From contig JAYPIC010000048.1 of assembly GCA_038127595.1 (NCBI GenBank), positions 1 to 11,265 on the forward strand: a DNA stretch of 11,265 bases, read 5' to 3'. Position 1 is the first letter of the stretch. Every line of letters begins with the position of its first letter. The position numbers were made by a program, and so were the translations under genes. The notes beneath the pieces were generated by a model that was given only the letters and a program-made list of their open reading frames with translations, had not been told where the DNA came from and did no database searches. Source of the stretch: a bacterium (GTDB taxonomy: Bacteria > Fidelibacterota > Marinisomatia > Marinisomatales > UBA1611). Positions 1 through 7,401 of this stretch are shown here, in pieces.

Positions 1-517
1 TAGAACCTAATTTTGACAGCTTGTCGGATAAAGTTTCAAAATTATCTTTATTTTGAATCTTAATTTTTTCTACATTAATAATTCCACCAGTATCGACTTT
101 TTTTTCAATCTGAAAAATACTGACACCTGTAACATTATCACCATTCATAAGAGCCCATTGTATTGGAGCTGCTCCTCTATATTTTGGAAGCAGCGAAGCA
201 TGAATGTTAATCGATCCAAATTTTGGTAATTCTATGTATTTTTTAGGAAGAATTCTAAAAGCTACAACAACAAAAATATCTACCTCTAAAGAAGATATTT
301 TTTGAAAAATATCGAGGTTATCAAAATCATCTAACTCTATCAAATTTAAATTATTATCCAGAGCAAATTTACCAACATCAGTATGTTGTAATATTTTTTT
401 CCTACCCATTAGTTTAGGAGGATTTGAAATGACAGCTACTATGTCATGATTACTAGCTAATAAGCTTTTTAGCGGATTAATGGCAAATTTAGGGTTGCCC
501 ATAAATGCTATTTTCAA
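1..517 (-). CDS. fmt: Methionyl-tRNA formyltransferase, partial (3' end runs off the window)
   Basis: Not in the ORF track; I translated it by hand from TTG at 517-515: MKIAFMGNPKFAINPLKSLL...VVVAFRILP...SINIHASLLPKYRGAAPIQWALMNGD...TGVSIFQIEKKVDTGGII. It has the N-x-H-x-SLLP-x-x-RG and DTG formyltransferase motifs, lies directly downstream of def, and has an AGGA upstream at 528-531. Confidence 0.97.
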   Translation of the reverse strand, partial: MKIAFMGNPKFAINPLKSLLASNHDIVAVISNPPKLMGRKKILQHTDVGKFALDNNLNLIELDDFDNLDIFQKISSLEVDIFVVVAFRILPKKYIELPKFGSINIHASLLPKYRGAAPIQWALMNGDNVTGVSIFQIEKKVDTGGIINVEKIKIQNKDNFETLSDKLSKLGS

Positions 518-557
518 GCTAAAATAATCCTATAGCTTAATAGAGAATTAAAAGCCT

Positions 558-1106
558 CTATAATACAAATCTTTTCTTACCGGATGTACGATGGATTCTT
601 GACATAGATTCATTTTTTATTTTACTTACCTCTCTCTGGACTTTTGCTCTTTGCATTTCACTAACTAGATCAATAATTAAAACTCCATTTAAGTGGTCCA
701 TTTCATGTTGAATAGCGCGTGCCAATAAGCCATCAAAATCTTCTTCATACCATTGTTTTTTCATGTCTTGATATTTAAATCTGATTTTTTCTGGCCTAGT
801 CACTTCTAATGCAACTTGAGGTATAGATAAACAACCTTCCGAAAAAACACTTTCACCATAAGACTTTGTAATTTCACCATTAATAAAAATTCTGGGGAAC
901 TCCTTTTCGTCTGTATGAGCAATATCAATTATAAAAAGATTCATATCAACACCAACTTGATTAGCAGCCAGACCAATCCCTTCTTCCTCGTACATTGTAT
1001 CGAACATATCTTCAACAAATGCAGGAAGCTTAGAAAAGTCATTCACAGGTTGACATTTTTTCCTCAAGATGGGATCTCCATAGTTCACTACCTCTAAAAC
1101 AGACAT
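558..1106 (-). CDS. def: Peptide deformylase
   Basis: All three PDF motifs are present: GIGLAANQVG, EGCLS and QHEMDHLNG (HExxH). It starts with YGDPILRKK near the N-terminus and is adjacent to fmt. Confidence 0.98.
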   Translation of the reverse strand: MSVLEVVNYGDPILRKKCQPVNDFSKLPAFVEDMFDTMYEEEGIGLAANQVGVDMNLFIIDIAHTDEKEFPRIFINGEITKSYGESVFSEGCLSIPQVALEVTRPEKIRFKYQDMKKQWYEEDFDGLLARAIQHEMDHLNGVLIIDLVSEMQRAKVQREVSKIKNESMSRIHRTSGKKRFVL

Positions 1107-1429
1107 TATTTCAAATCCTCCTCGTTTGTTTTACCATAAAGTCCGGCTATTGAAGACTTACTTAAAGTTAAAATAGTATTGTTATCAACCTTTATAGCTA
1201 TTAGTTTATCTTTTTCCTTAAATCCACTTATTTTCCCAACTATACCACCAATGGTAATAATTTTATCACCTTTGCTAAGATTTGATATCATAAGTTCTTT
1301 ATCTTTTTGCTTTTTAGCTTGAGGCCTCAGCATGAAAAAGTATAAAATTGCCATAATTAATAAAAAAGGTAAAAAGCTTAGCAAACCGCCACCCTGAGCT
1401 GACTGTGATTGAGAAAAAAGTAAATCCAT
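1106..1429 (-). CDS. yajC: Preprotein translocase subunit YajC
   Basis: 107 aa with a single TM helix ending in YFFMLRPQAKKQK, followed by LSKGDKIITIGGIVGKI (YajC signature). Confidence 0.95.
   Translation of the reverse strand: MDLLFSQSQSAQGGGLLSFLPFLLIMAILYFFMLRPQAKKQKDKELMISNLSKGDKIITIGGIVGKISGFKEKDKLIAIKVDNNTILTLSKSSIAGLYGKTNEEDLK
1117..1123 (-). promoter_or_regulatory. Shine-Dalgarno sequence for def, embedded in the yajC 3' end
   Basis: The minus strand reads GAGGAGG-ATTTGAAATA-ATG. The yajC stop and def start overlap as TAATG at 1104-1108. Confidence 0.75.
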
Positions 1430-1435
1430 TTATAT

Positions 1436-1439
1436 TCCT
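1436..1439 (-). promoter_or_regulatory. Probable ribosome binding site for yajC
   Basis: The minus strand reads AGGA-ATATAA-ATG (6-nt spacer). Confidence 0.6.
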
Positions 1440-1465
1440 ATTTTGACATGATTAAAATTAAATGT

Positions 1466-1501
1466 ATTTCAATAATATTGTTAAAGGATTTCAACAATAT
1501 T
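1466..1501. repeat. Imperfect 14-bp direct repeat with 22-bp period
   Basis: ATTTCAATAATATT (1466-1479) and ATTTCAACAATATT (1488-1501) are identical at 13 of 14 positions. They lie in the histidine kinase-yajC intergenic region. Confidence 0.7.
1474..1501 (-). other. Inverted repeat / potential RNA hairpin immediately after the kinase stop codon
   Basis: AATATTGTT (1474-1482) and AACAATATT (1493-1501) form a perfect 9-bp inverted repeat. On the minus-strand RNA it extends to 12 bp (one G-U) with an AUCC loop. It is AU-rich and lacks a clean U-tract, so I do not call it an intrinsic terminator. Confidence 0.5.
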
Positions 1502-2676
1502 TATGACTTTGAAATAGCTATTTCAAATGTAGTGCCTTCAGAGATACTAGAAGCTAGCACAGACACTTTGCCTCCATGAACATCATTAATAATTCTCTCG
1601 CATAAAGATAGGCCTAAACCCCATCCTGAATTCTTTGTAGTAAATCCTGGTCTAAAAATATTCTTCCAATCTTTTTTGGGAATACCACATCCATTATCAG
1701 CAATATGTATCTTTACGTAATGTACATCCTGCTTCAACGCAACTTCAATTTTACCATTCTCCTTATTAATTGCATCAATACCATTTCTAATAAGATTTTC
1801 GACAGCCCATGAAATTAGTGTCCCATTTGCTTTGATTTTTACATCAGGATCTATCTTATTTACTAAAATAACTTTTCCACCCAAAGATGGCATTCTTTTT
1901 TCTAAATATTCTAATGTACTGCTTATTCTTTCTGAAAGGTTAAAATACTCAACTTCAGGTTTCGAGCCCATCTTACTAAATCTTCTATTAACTTGCTGCA
2001 GTCTCTCAATATCTGATTCGATTTCGGGTAATATTTTTTCTAAATCAGTTTTTTCATGTTTTAAATAATCCAGCCAACCTAGTAAAGCTGAAACTGGAGT
2101 CCCTAATTGATGAGCAGTCTCTCTGGATAAACCAATCCAAATATTTTGTTTTTCGCTATGCCTTATATACGAAAAGCCAACAAAACCAATGCAAATGAAT
2201 AACCCTATTGATATGATTTCTACATAAGTCCATATCTTGATTTTTTGGATTAAAGATGAATCACCATAATGTAAGAATCCGAATGTTATTGGTTCTGATT
2301 CTTGGTCAAAATAAATTAATGGTATAGGCTCATTAATTACATCCATTGATTTAATAAAAGAAATCCTTTCTTCATAGGTGTTAACCTCTTTTGGTAAATT
2401 AGTCCATAGCTGAGGGTTTTTCTTCGTATCAGACTGGATGATTGGAAACTTTACTTTTTTAATTATGTTTTCAAAAATAAAATCAATATTTGAATTCGAA
2501 TCATCGTTTACAGCTCCAGCAATAATTTCAGCGTATAATTTTACTACTTCTCTATTATCTTCTCGAAGTTCTCTTGATAAAAAACCTGTATAAGAAAATA
2601 ATCCAATGACTAAAAAAACGCCCACAAGAAAAATAAAGCCTTTGATATTTCCAACATATCTATAGTTATTTTTCAT
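1501..2676 (-). CDS. Membrane-bound sensor histidine kinase (2 TM, HisKA + HATPase_c)
   Basis: Two hydrophobic helices flank a ~115-aa extracytoplasmic loop. H-box ETAHQLGTPVSAL, N-box ENLIRNGIDA, G1 DNGCGIP, F-box IFRPGFTTK and G2 GWGLGLSLC are all present. Its start overlaps the upstream stop (ATGA, 2673-2676). Confidence 0.95.
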   Translation of the reverse strand: MKNNYRYVGNIKGFIFLVGVFLVIGLFSYTGFLSRELREDNREVVKLYAEIIAGAVNDDSNSNIDFIFENIIKKVKFPIIQSDTKKNPQLWTNLPKEVNTYEERISFIKSMDVINEPIPLIYFDQESEPITFGFLHYGDSSLIQKIKIWTYVEIISIGLFICIGFVGFSYIRHSEKQNIWIGLSRETAHQLGTPVSALLGWLDYLKHEKTDLEKILPEIESDIERLQQVNRRFSKMGSKPEVEYFNLSERISSTLEYLEKRMPSLGGKVILVNKIDPDVKIKANGTLISWAVENLIRNGIDAINKENGKIEVALKQDVHYVKIHIADNGCGIPKKDWKNIFRPGFTTKNSGWGLGLSLCERIINDVHGGKVSVLASSISEGTTFEIAISKS

Positions 2677-5024
2677 GATTTTTTAAGATTCAGTATTGAT
2701 TTTCTTTCATTAAAGAATAGAAATAAACAGAAAAAAGTAGCAAGAAAAAATGATGCCCTTGATGTCAATCTAGCGGTTTGCCAATCTGAACTATCATAAT
2801 AGAAAACTACTTCATGTTTTCCATCTGGAACATAAACGGACCGTAAGACATGATTAGCTTGGTAAATTTTAGTATTCTTACCGTTAATCTTACACTTCCA
2901 TCCAGGCTTATAATATATTTCAGAGAGCACAAGAAGTGAGCCTCCTTTAGAAAAACAATTAATTTTTACTGTGTTAGTTTTTAAATCTATTGACTCAATG
3001 TAACCATCACCATTTTCATCAAGTATTGGTCCATCATATCCCACTAAAATAGCCTTTTCATTTGGTCTAAAAGATATATCCATCAATCTATTTAATGATG
3101 CTTTTTGATCTTTAACATTATCTATTTTATTAACAAACCATGCTCTGGGCAGATAATCAAGGTTCTGATAAATACCTTCCAAACCAGTAATTTTAGTAAA
3201 AGCAGGGTTTTTCACTGCTTTTTTTGTTAGAAGATATTTTACATTAAGCATATTTAGAATTGTTGGTCTTTTAAATCCACCAACATCCATAAGGTCTTGA
3301 TAATTTCTAAGCTTTACAGCTCGATAACCACCAATAGATTGGATACCCCAATATCCATAGGTATTAGATCCAAGATCATCGGCCGGGAAAATTCTAAAAT
3401 TACTATCATCGTCAAGAATATAATCGATAACAGCATCTTTAATAAACTGAGATTCAAAATTTTTCTTTTTTGTCAATGATAAAAATTCATTATTCAATAT
3501 CCATAGATCTATGACTAGTATAGCAAGCATACTATATAAAAATAAATTTTTATTTATTTTTCTATGAACATAACTCCAAATAAGCCCAAAAAAGCTTAAA
3601 GATATAGCCAAAGCTAAAATTAAACCCTTATTGAAATAATCAACTCTTATTGCTTGAACAAATTGAATGTAATTAGGAAATCTGGCATCTCCGGGGGATG
3701 AAAAATTAAAAATAGACTCTCCAAAAATAAAAAATAAAATAATTATTCCAATAAAAGTACCGACAACAATTTGTGAGCTTTTTATGACATCATCTTTATT
3801 TAATTTGATTATATAATCAATAGAAGTTGCTGCTAAAAAAGAAAAAGTAAATACCAATATCAGATATATCATTGAGGGTATTCTAAATTTTGAGAAGAAA
3901 GGAGCATAATCAAACAATAATTGGTATAGCATAGGAAAATGCTTACCAAACCCAACAACTAAAAATATCAAACTTATAATCCAAAGAAAATTTTCATAAG
4001 ATGAAAAGTTCCTCTCTCTAATTCTTGAGACTAAAGATAAGATGGGCAAAAGTAAAATCAATAACCCCATATAGTGTGTAGATTGAGTAAATGGCATATA
4101 ACCCCAATAGGATGCCTGTTTCATAAATTCTGATGGATTAGTTCTGTTTTTAACACTAAAGTTTTGTAAACCAAAGTGGTATGGGAGTGCAAATGAAATA
4201 ATTTCCTTGGGGTGAAATGACCACTGAGTTGCATAATCCCATTTTGTTCCTGATGAAGTTTCATTCGTTTCATCAAGCACTGATGGAGCTCCTCTGTTTG
4301 AATGGTTTTGAAAAGCAAAAATATCTACATAAGGATCACTCACCATTAATGTAGTCATGGATATGGAAATCAGCAGATAAAAGAGCACCTTGAACGAGGC
4401 AATCTTTTTGTCTTTGATTGATTTATCTATAAAACTATATGCCCAATAGCTAAAGATAAACATCCATGTGTAATAAACAACTTGAGGATGATTTACCCAC
4501 AACTGAAATGCAGAAATGATACTAAGGAATAATATAGACTTAATTGATTTTTCTTGAAATAAATATGATACAGAAAAGAAAATCCAAGGTACAAAAGAAA
4601 AAGCCATTATTTTAGTATTATGCCCTGCATTTATTAGGCCGAATACATGTGGTGTTAGCGAGTATGCTATTCCACCAAAAATAGAACTAAAATAACTAAT
4701 ATTTTTAAATCTCAAAAAACAGTATAGTCCTAGCCCTCCAAGAGAAAGATAAAACCACTGTTTTACCCCGGAATTAAACAATATAAAATTGATAACCTTA
4801 CTTAGAGGATTACCAGGAGTATATATGTAACCACCATAGGAAGGCATACCAGAAAATAAATTTGGAAACCAATGTGGAAACTCTTCAGTTGACTTTATCC
4901 ACTCCTTTATTGGTTGATGCGCAAGCATATCGCTAGCTAATGGAACCATTCCATTAACAACCATGTCATATAAAAACAAGAAAACCAAAAAAGGGATAAT
5001 TAAATATGAATGTTTTTTATACAT
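2673..5024 (-). CDS. YfhO-family polytopic membrane protein (putative GT-C fold glycosyltransferase)
   Basis: 783 aa with about a dozen or more hydrophobic segments. The first loop contains ASD and WFPNLFSGMP; the central part contains PFFSKFRIP. The C-terminal soluble domain has LNMLNVKY, YLPRAWFV and LVLSEIYYKPGWKCKING...ANHVLRSVYVPDGKHEVVFYY, followed by a final TM. This matches my recollection of YfhO-family architecture. Confidence 0.85.
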   Translation of the reverse strand: MYKKHSYLIIPFLVFLFLYDMVVNGMVPLASDMLAHQPIKEWIKSTEEFPHWFPNLFSGMPSYGGYIYTPGNPLSKVINFILFNSGVKQWFYLSLGGLGLYCFLRFKNISYFSSIFGGIAYSLTPHVFGLINAGHNTKIMAFSFVPWIFFSVSYLFQEKSIKSILFLSIISAFQLWVNHPQVVYYTWMFIFSYWAYSFIDKSIKDKKIASFKVLFYLLISISMTTLMVSDPYVDIFAFQNHSNRGAPSVLDETNETSSGTKWDYATQWSFHPKEIISFALPYHFGLQNFSVKNRTNPSEFMKQASYWGYMPFTQSTHYMGLLILLLPILSLVSRIRERNFSSYENFLWIISLIFLVVGFGKHFPMLYQLLFDYAPFFSKFRIPSMIYLILVFTFSFLAATSIDYIIKLNKDDVIKSSQIVVGTFIGIIILFFIFGESIFNFSSPGDARFPNYIQFVQAIRVDYFNKGLILALAISLSFFGLIWSYVHRKINKNLFLYSMLAILVIDLWILNNEFLSLTKKKNFESQFIKDAVIDYILDDDSNFRIFPADDLGSNTYGYWGIQSIGGYRAVKLRNYQDLMDVGGFKRPTILNMLNVKYLLTKKAVKNPAFTKITGLEGIYQNLDYLPRAWFVNKIDNVKDQKASLNRLMDISFRPNEKAILVGYDGPILDENGDGYIESIDLKTNTVKINCFSKGGSLLVLSEIYYKPGWKCKINGKNTKIYQANHVLRSVYVPDGKHEVVFYYDSSDWQTARLTSRASFFLATFFCLFLFFNERKSILNLKKS

Positions 5025-5091
5025 TTATTTACTTTTTATTGTCATAATATTTGAAATGTTATTTAAATATGTTAAACTATGATAGAGTGAT

Positions 5092-6345
5092 TTATTTATT
5101 ATAGTCATCAATCATTTTTTCAAGAATTTCAACTAGTTCTAAAGTTAAATTTTTTCGACTAAATTTCTCAAAATTTATTGCTTCAGGGTATTTACTGGAT
5201 TCCAAGTATTGAACAATATCAGTTGAGTTATCATAATCGAAGCATCTGCCAGATGATGTATTATTTATTATTTCAGCAGCATCACTATCAAGTGGACCAA
5301 TCATTATAATTTTAGACATCGACCGTATGTATTCGAACAACTTACCGGTTACTATTCCTTTATTTTTTGCTGTATTTGGAATTACCAGTAAAAGAAAATG
5401 AGAGTTTACCATCTTTTGAATAGCCTCACTATGGTCAACATAAGGTATAAATTCTACAAATTTTTCAAAACCTTGGTTTTGAATATAAACTTTAACATCA
5501 GGATGAATATTCCCAATTAGTTCAACTTTATATTTATTCTGATTATAATTTAATTTAGAAATTACATCAAAAAAAATTTTAGGATTTTGTGATTTAGTCA
5601 TCGTGCCTATATATCTAATTACAACATTTTCTTTTTCTTTTTCTGGATGTACATTTAAAAAATCTTCTTCGTCATACCCATTATGAATAACCTTAAAATC
5701 TCCTATGAAAGACCTCGATATTTCTTTACTAACTGTAACGCATTTTTGGGCACTATTAATTACTGAATCTTCTAAAACTTTATCAAGCTTACTAGTTATC
5801 CACCATCTTTTATTCTCATAATTGTAAAACCTATCTGTCCATGGATCTCGAAAATCTGCAATCCAAGGAAGCTTGTTTGACAATGCTAAATTTTTAGCAA
5901 TCAAATGAGTTGTATAAGGAGGAGCCGTGCTAAATATTGCATCAATTTTATTTTCTCCTAAAATTTTTTTACCTACATTGACAGAATCAAAATACCAACC
6001 TACTCTTCCATCCGGAATAACCATATTTAACCTTATCCACCTAAAGAGCTTAATTAAGAAGCCTTCTTGTTTTGCGCTGCTTAATTGGAATGTTGGAGTA
6101 GTACTCTTTTTATTTAAACAGTTAAAAATTTTATGAAATGAGTATGATTTTGATTTATAAATCTTATATCCATGTACATCTTTTTCTAAGGTATAATCAA
6201 AAACAGGAAAATCACCATTTTCAACAGTTAAAATTATTGGTTTCCAACCAGTTTCATTTAGATACTTACAGAATTTTAACACCCTTTGAACACCAGGTCC
6301 TCCGCTTGGAGGCCAGTAGTAAGTAACTATTAATATTTTTTTCAA
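5092..6345 (-). CDS. Glycosyltransferase family 4 (GT-B fold)
   Basis: KKILIVTYYWPPSGGPGVQR N-terminus, plus PWIADFRDPW, IHNGYD and TGKLFEY. The start is better placed at TTG 6345-6343, 1 nt after the upstream stop, than at the ORF-track start of 6390, which would overlap the upstream gene by 44 nt. Confidence 0.9.
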   Translation of the reverse strand: MKKILIVTYYWPPSGGPGVQRVLKFCKYLNETGWKPIILTVENGDFPVFDYTLEKDVHGYKIYKSKSYSFHKIFNCLNKKSTTPTFQLSSAKQEGFLIKLFRWIRLNMVIPDGRVGWYFDSVNVGKKILGENKIDAIFSTAPPYTTHLIAKNLALSNKLPWIADFRDPWTDRFYNYENKRWWITSKLDKVLEDSVINSAQKCVTVSKEISRSFIGDFKVIHNGYDEEDFLNVHPEKEKENVVIRYIGTMTKSQNPKIFFDVISKLNYNQNKYKVELIGNIHPDVKVYIQNQGFEKFVEFIPYVDHSEAIQKMVNSHFLLLVIPNTAKNKGIVTGKLFEYIRSMSKIIMIGPLDSDAAEIINNTSSGRCFDYDNSTDIVQYLESSKYPEAINFEKFSRKNLTLELVEILEKMIDDYNK

Positions 6346-6346
6346 C

Positions 6347-7375
6347 TTAATAATATTTTTTCTCAAAACCAGTAAATGAGGATTGACCAAATATAAACCG
6401 TTTAATAAACGCCATAATAAAACCTAAGCCATATCCTAAAATCTGGAAAGGAATTACTAAAAATAAATTAAACAGCACTTTTATATTTTGTGTTTTCAAA
6501 CCTCCATATATGCAAATAATTGAAAGAATCATAAAATAAAAATACATTAAGGGAATAAAAATATTTGGGTAGAAAAATATTCCAAAAATTGAAAGGAAAA
6601 AGATTGCTGTAGCAGCTGAGGGTAAAAAATGAACTAGCTGTAACATTTTTCTATCTATTTTAGCAAGATTAACTCTTGCTACACCCCAATTGAAAACCTG
6701 CCTGAAGAATTTCAATAATGTTGTTCTTCGTCTATGATATACGATTGCATTATCTAAAAGTTTAACTACTGCTTTCTCATTTATTATTCTATTACTAAGC
6801 TCGATATCCTGGCCATGTCGAAGAGAGCCAAATCCACCAATTTTTTCAAATAATGTTTTTTTTACACCCATATTATGACTTCGAGGGAAAAATTTTGAAA
6901 TCATATTTTTGTTATGGCCCCTTATACCTCCAGTTGTTAAAAACGAGGTCATTGAAAAATTTATAGCTATTTGAATGGGTAAAAAGTTATCTTTTGCCTC
7001 ATCTGGACCACCAAAAGCATCAAAATCATTATTTTTATAGGCATTGAAAATAACTTCTAACCAATTAATATCAGCTTCACAATCAGAATCAATAAAAACT
7101 ATTAATTCACCTTTAGAATTTTTTACCCCATTATTTCTTGCAGATCCAGGGCCAAGATTTTTTTGGGATACATATAATAAATTAAATTTAAATTTATTTT
7201 CCAAACTTTTTACATACTCTTCTGTGCCGTCTGTTGATCCATCATCTGAAATAATCATTTCAAAAAATTTAGGATCCAAAGTCTGCTTTTCCATTGATTT
7301 AAATAAATGAACTAGCTCCTCTTTTCTATTAAATGTTGGAGTCACGACACTTATTACAGGCAATTGTATAAACAT
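6347..7375 (-). CDS. Glycosyltransferase family 2 with C-terminal membrane helices
   Basis: ISVVTPTFNR, DDGSTD, GPGSARN, DxD motif FIDSD, GQDIELS and VYHRRR...RQVFNWG, with a hydrophobic C-terminal third. Confidence 0.92.
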   Translation of the reverse strand: MFIQLPVISVVTPTFNRKEELVHLFKSMEKQTLDPKFFEMIISDDGSTDGTEEYVKSLENKFKFNLLYVSQKNLGPGSARNNGVKNSKGELIVFIDSDCEADINWLEVIFNAYKNNDFDAFGGPDEAKDNFLPIQIAINFSMTSFLTTGGIRGHNKNMISKFFPRSHNMGVKKTLFEKIGGFGSLRHGQDIELSNRIINEKAVVKLLDNAIVYHRRRTTLLKFFRQVFNWGVARVNLAKIDRKMLQLVHFLPSAATAIFFLSIFGIFFYPNIFIPLMYFYFMILSIICIYGGLKTQNIKVLFNLFLVIPFQILGYGLGFIMAFIKRFIFGQSSFTGFEKKYY

Positions 7376-7401
7376 ATCAGGCTGCAGATTTTGTTGTGTT
7401 T

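Noticed and set aside
558..610. Basic C-terminal tail of Def (SRIHRTSGKKRFVL)
   Set aside because: Variable basic C-terminal helices and tails are normal for type 1 peptide deformylases.
915..1097. 60-aa plus-strand ORF
   Set aside because: Antisense shadow inside def with no recognisable motif.
1832..2068. 78-aa plus-strand ORF
   Set aside because: Antisense shadow within the histidine kinase gene.
3297..3479. 60-aa plus-strand ORF
   Set aside because: Antisense to the YfhO-family gene with no protein-like features.
4121..4318. 65-aa minus-strand ORF in an alternative frame
   Set aside because: Nested out of frame within the uninterrupted YfhO-family ORF; no sign of a frameshift or separate gene.
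5042..5082. AT-only inverted repeats in the GT4-yfhO spacer (ATATTT/AAATAT; TCATA/TATGA) and partial similarity (AATATTTGAAAT) to the 1466-1501 repeat
   Set aside because: Short, almost entirely A/T, in the opposite orientation and gapped relative to the repeat; expected by chance at this base composition.
5330..5365. GT4 lacks the first Glu of the EX7E motif (GIVTGKLFE)
   Set aside because: The GKLFEY-type variant is, from recollection, normal for this GT4 subfamily; it is not evidence of inactivation.
5927..6326. Two plus-strand ORFs (69 and 62 aa)
   Set aside because: Antisense shadows of the GT4 gene.
6346..6390. ORF-track N-terminal extension of GT4 (MVNPHLLVLRKNIIK)
   Set aside because: It overlaps the upstream GT2 by 44 nt, and the family-typical N-terminus begins at TTG 6345.
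7044..7310. 88-aa plus-strand ORF
   Set aside because: Antisense shadow of the GT2 gene.
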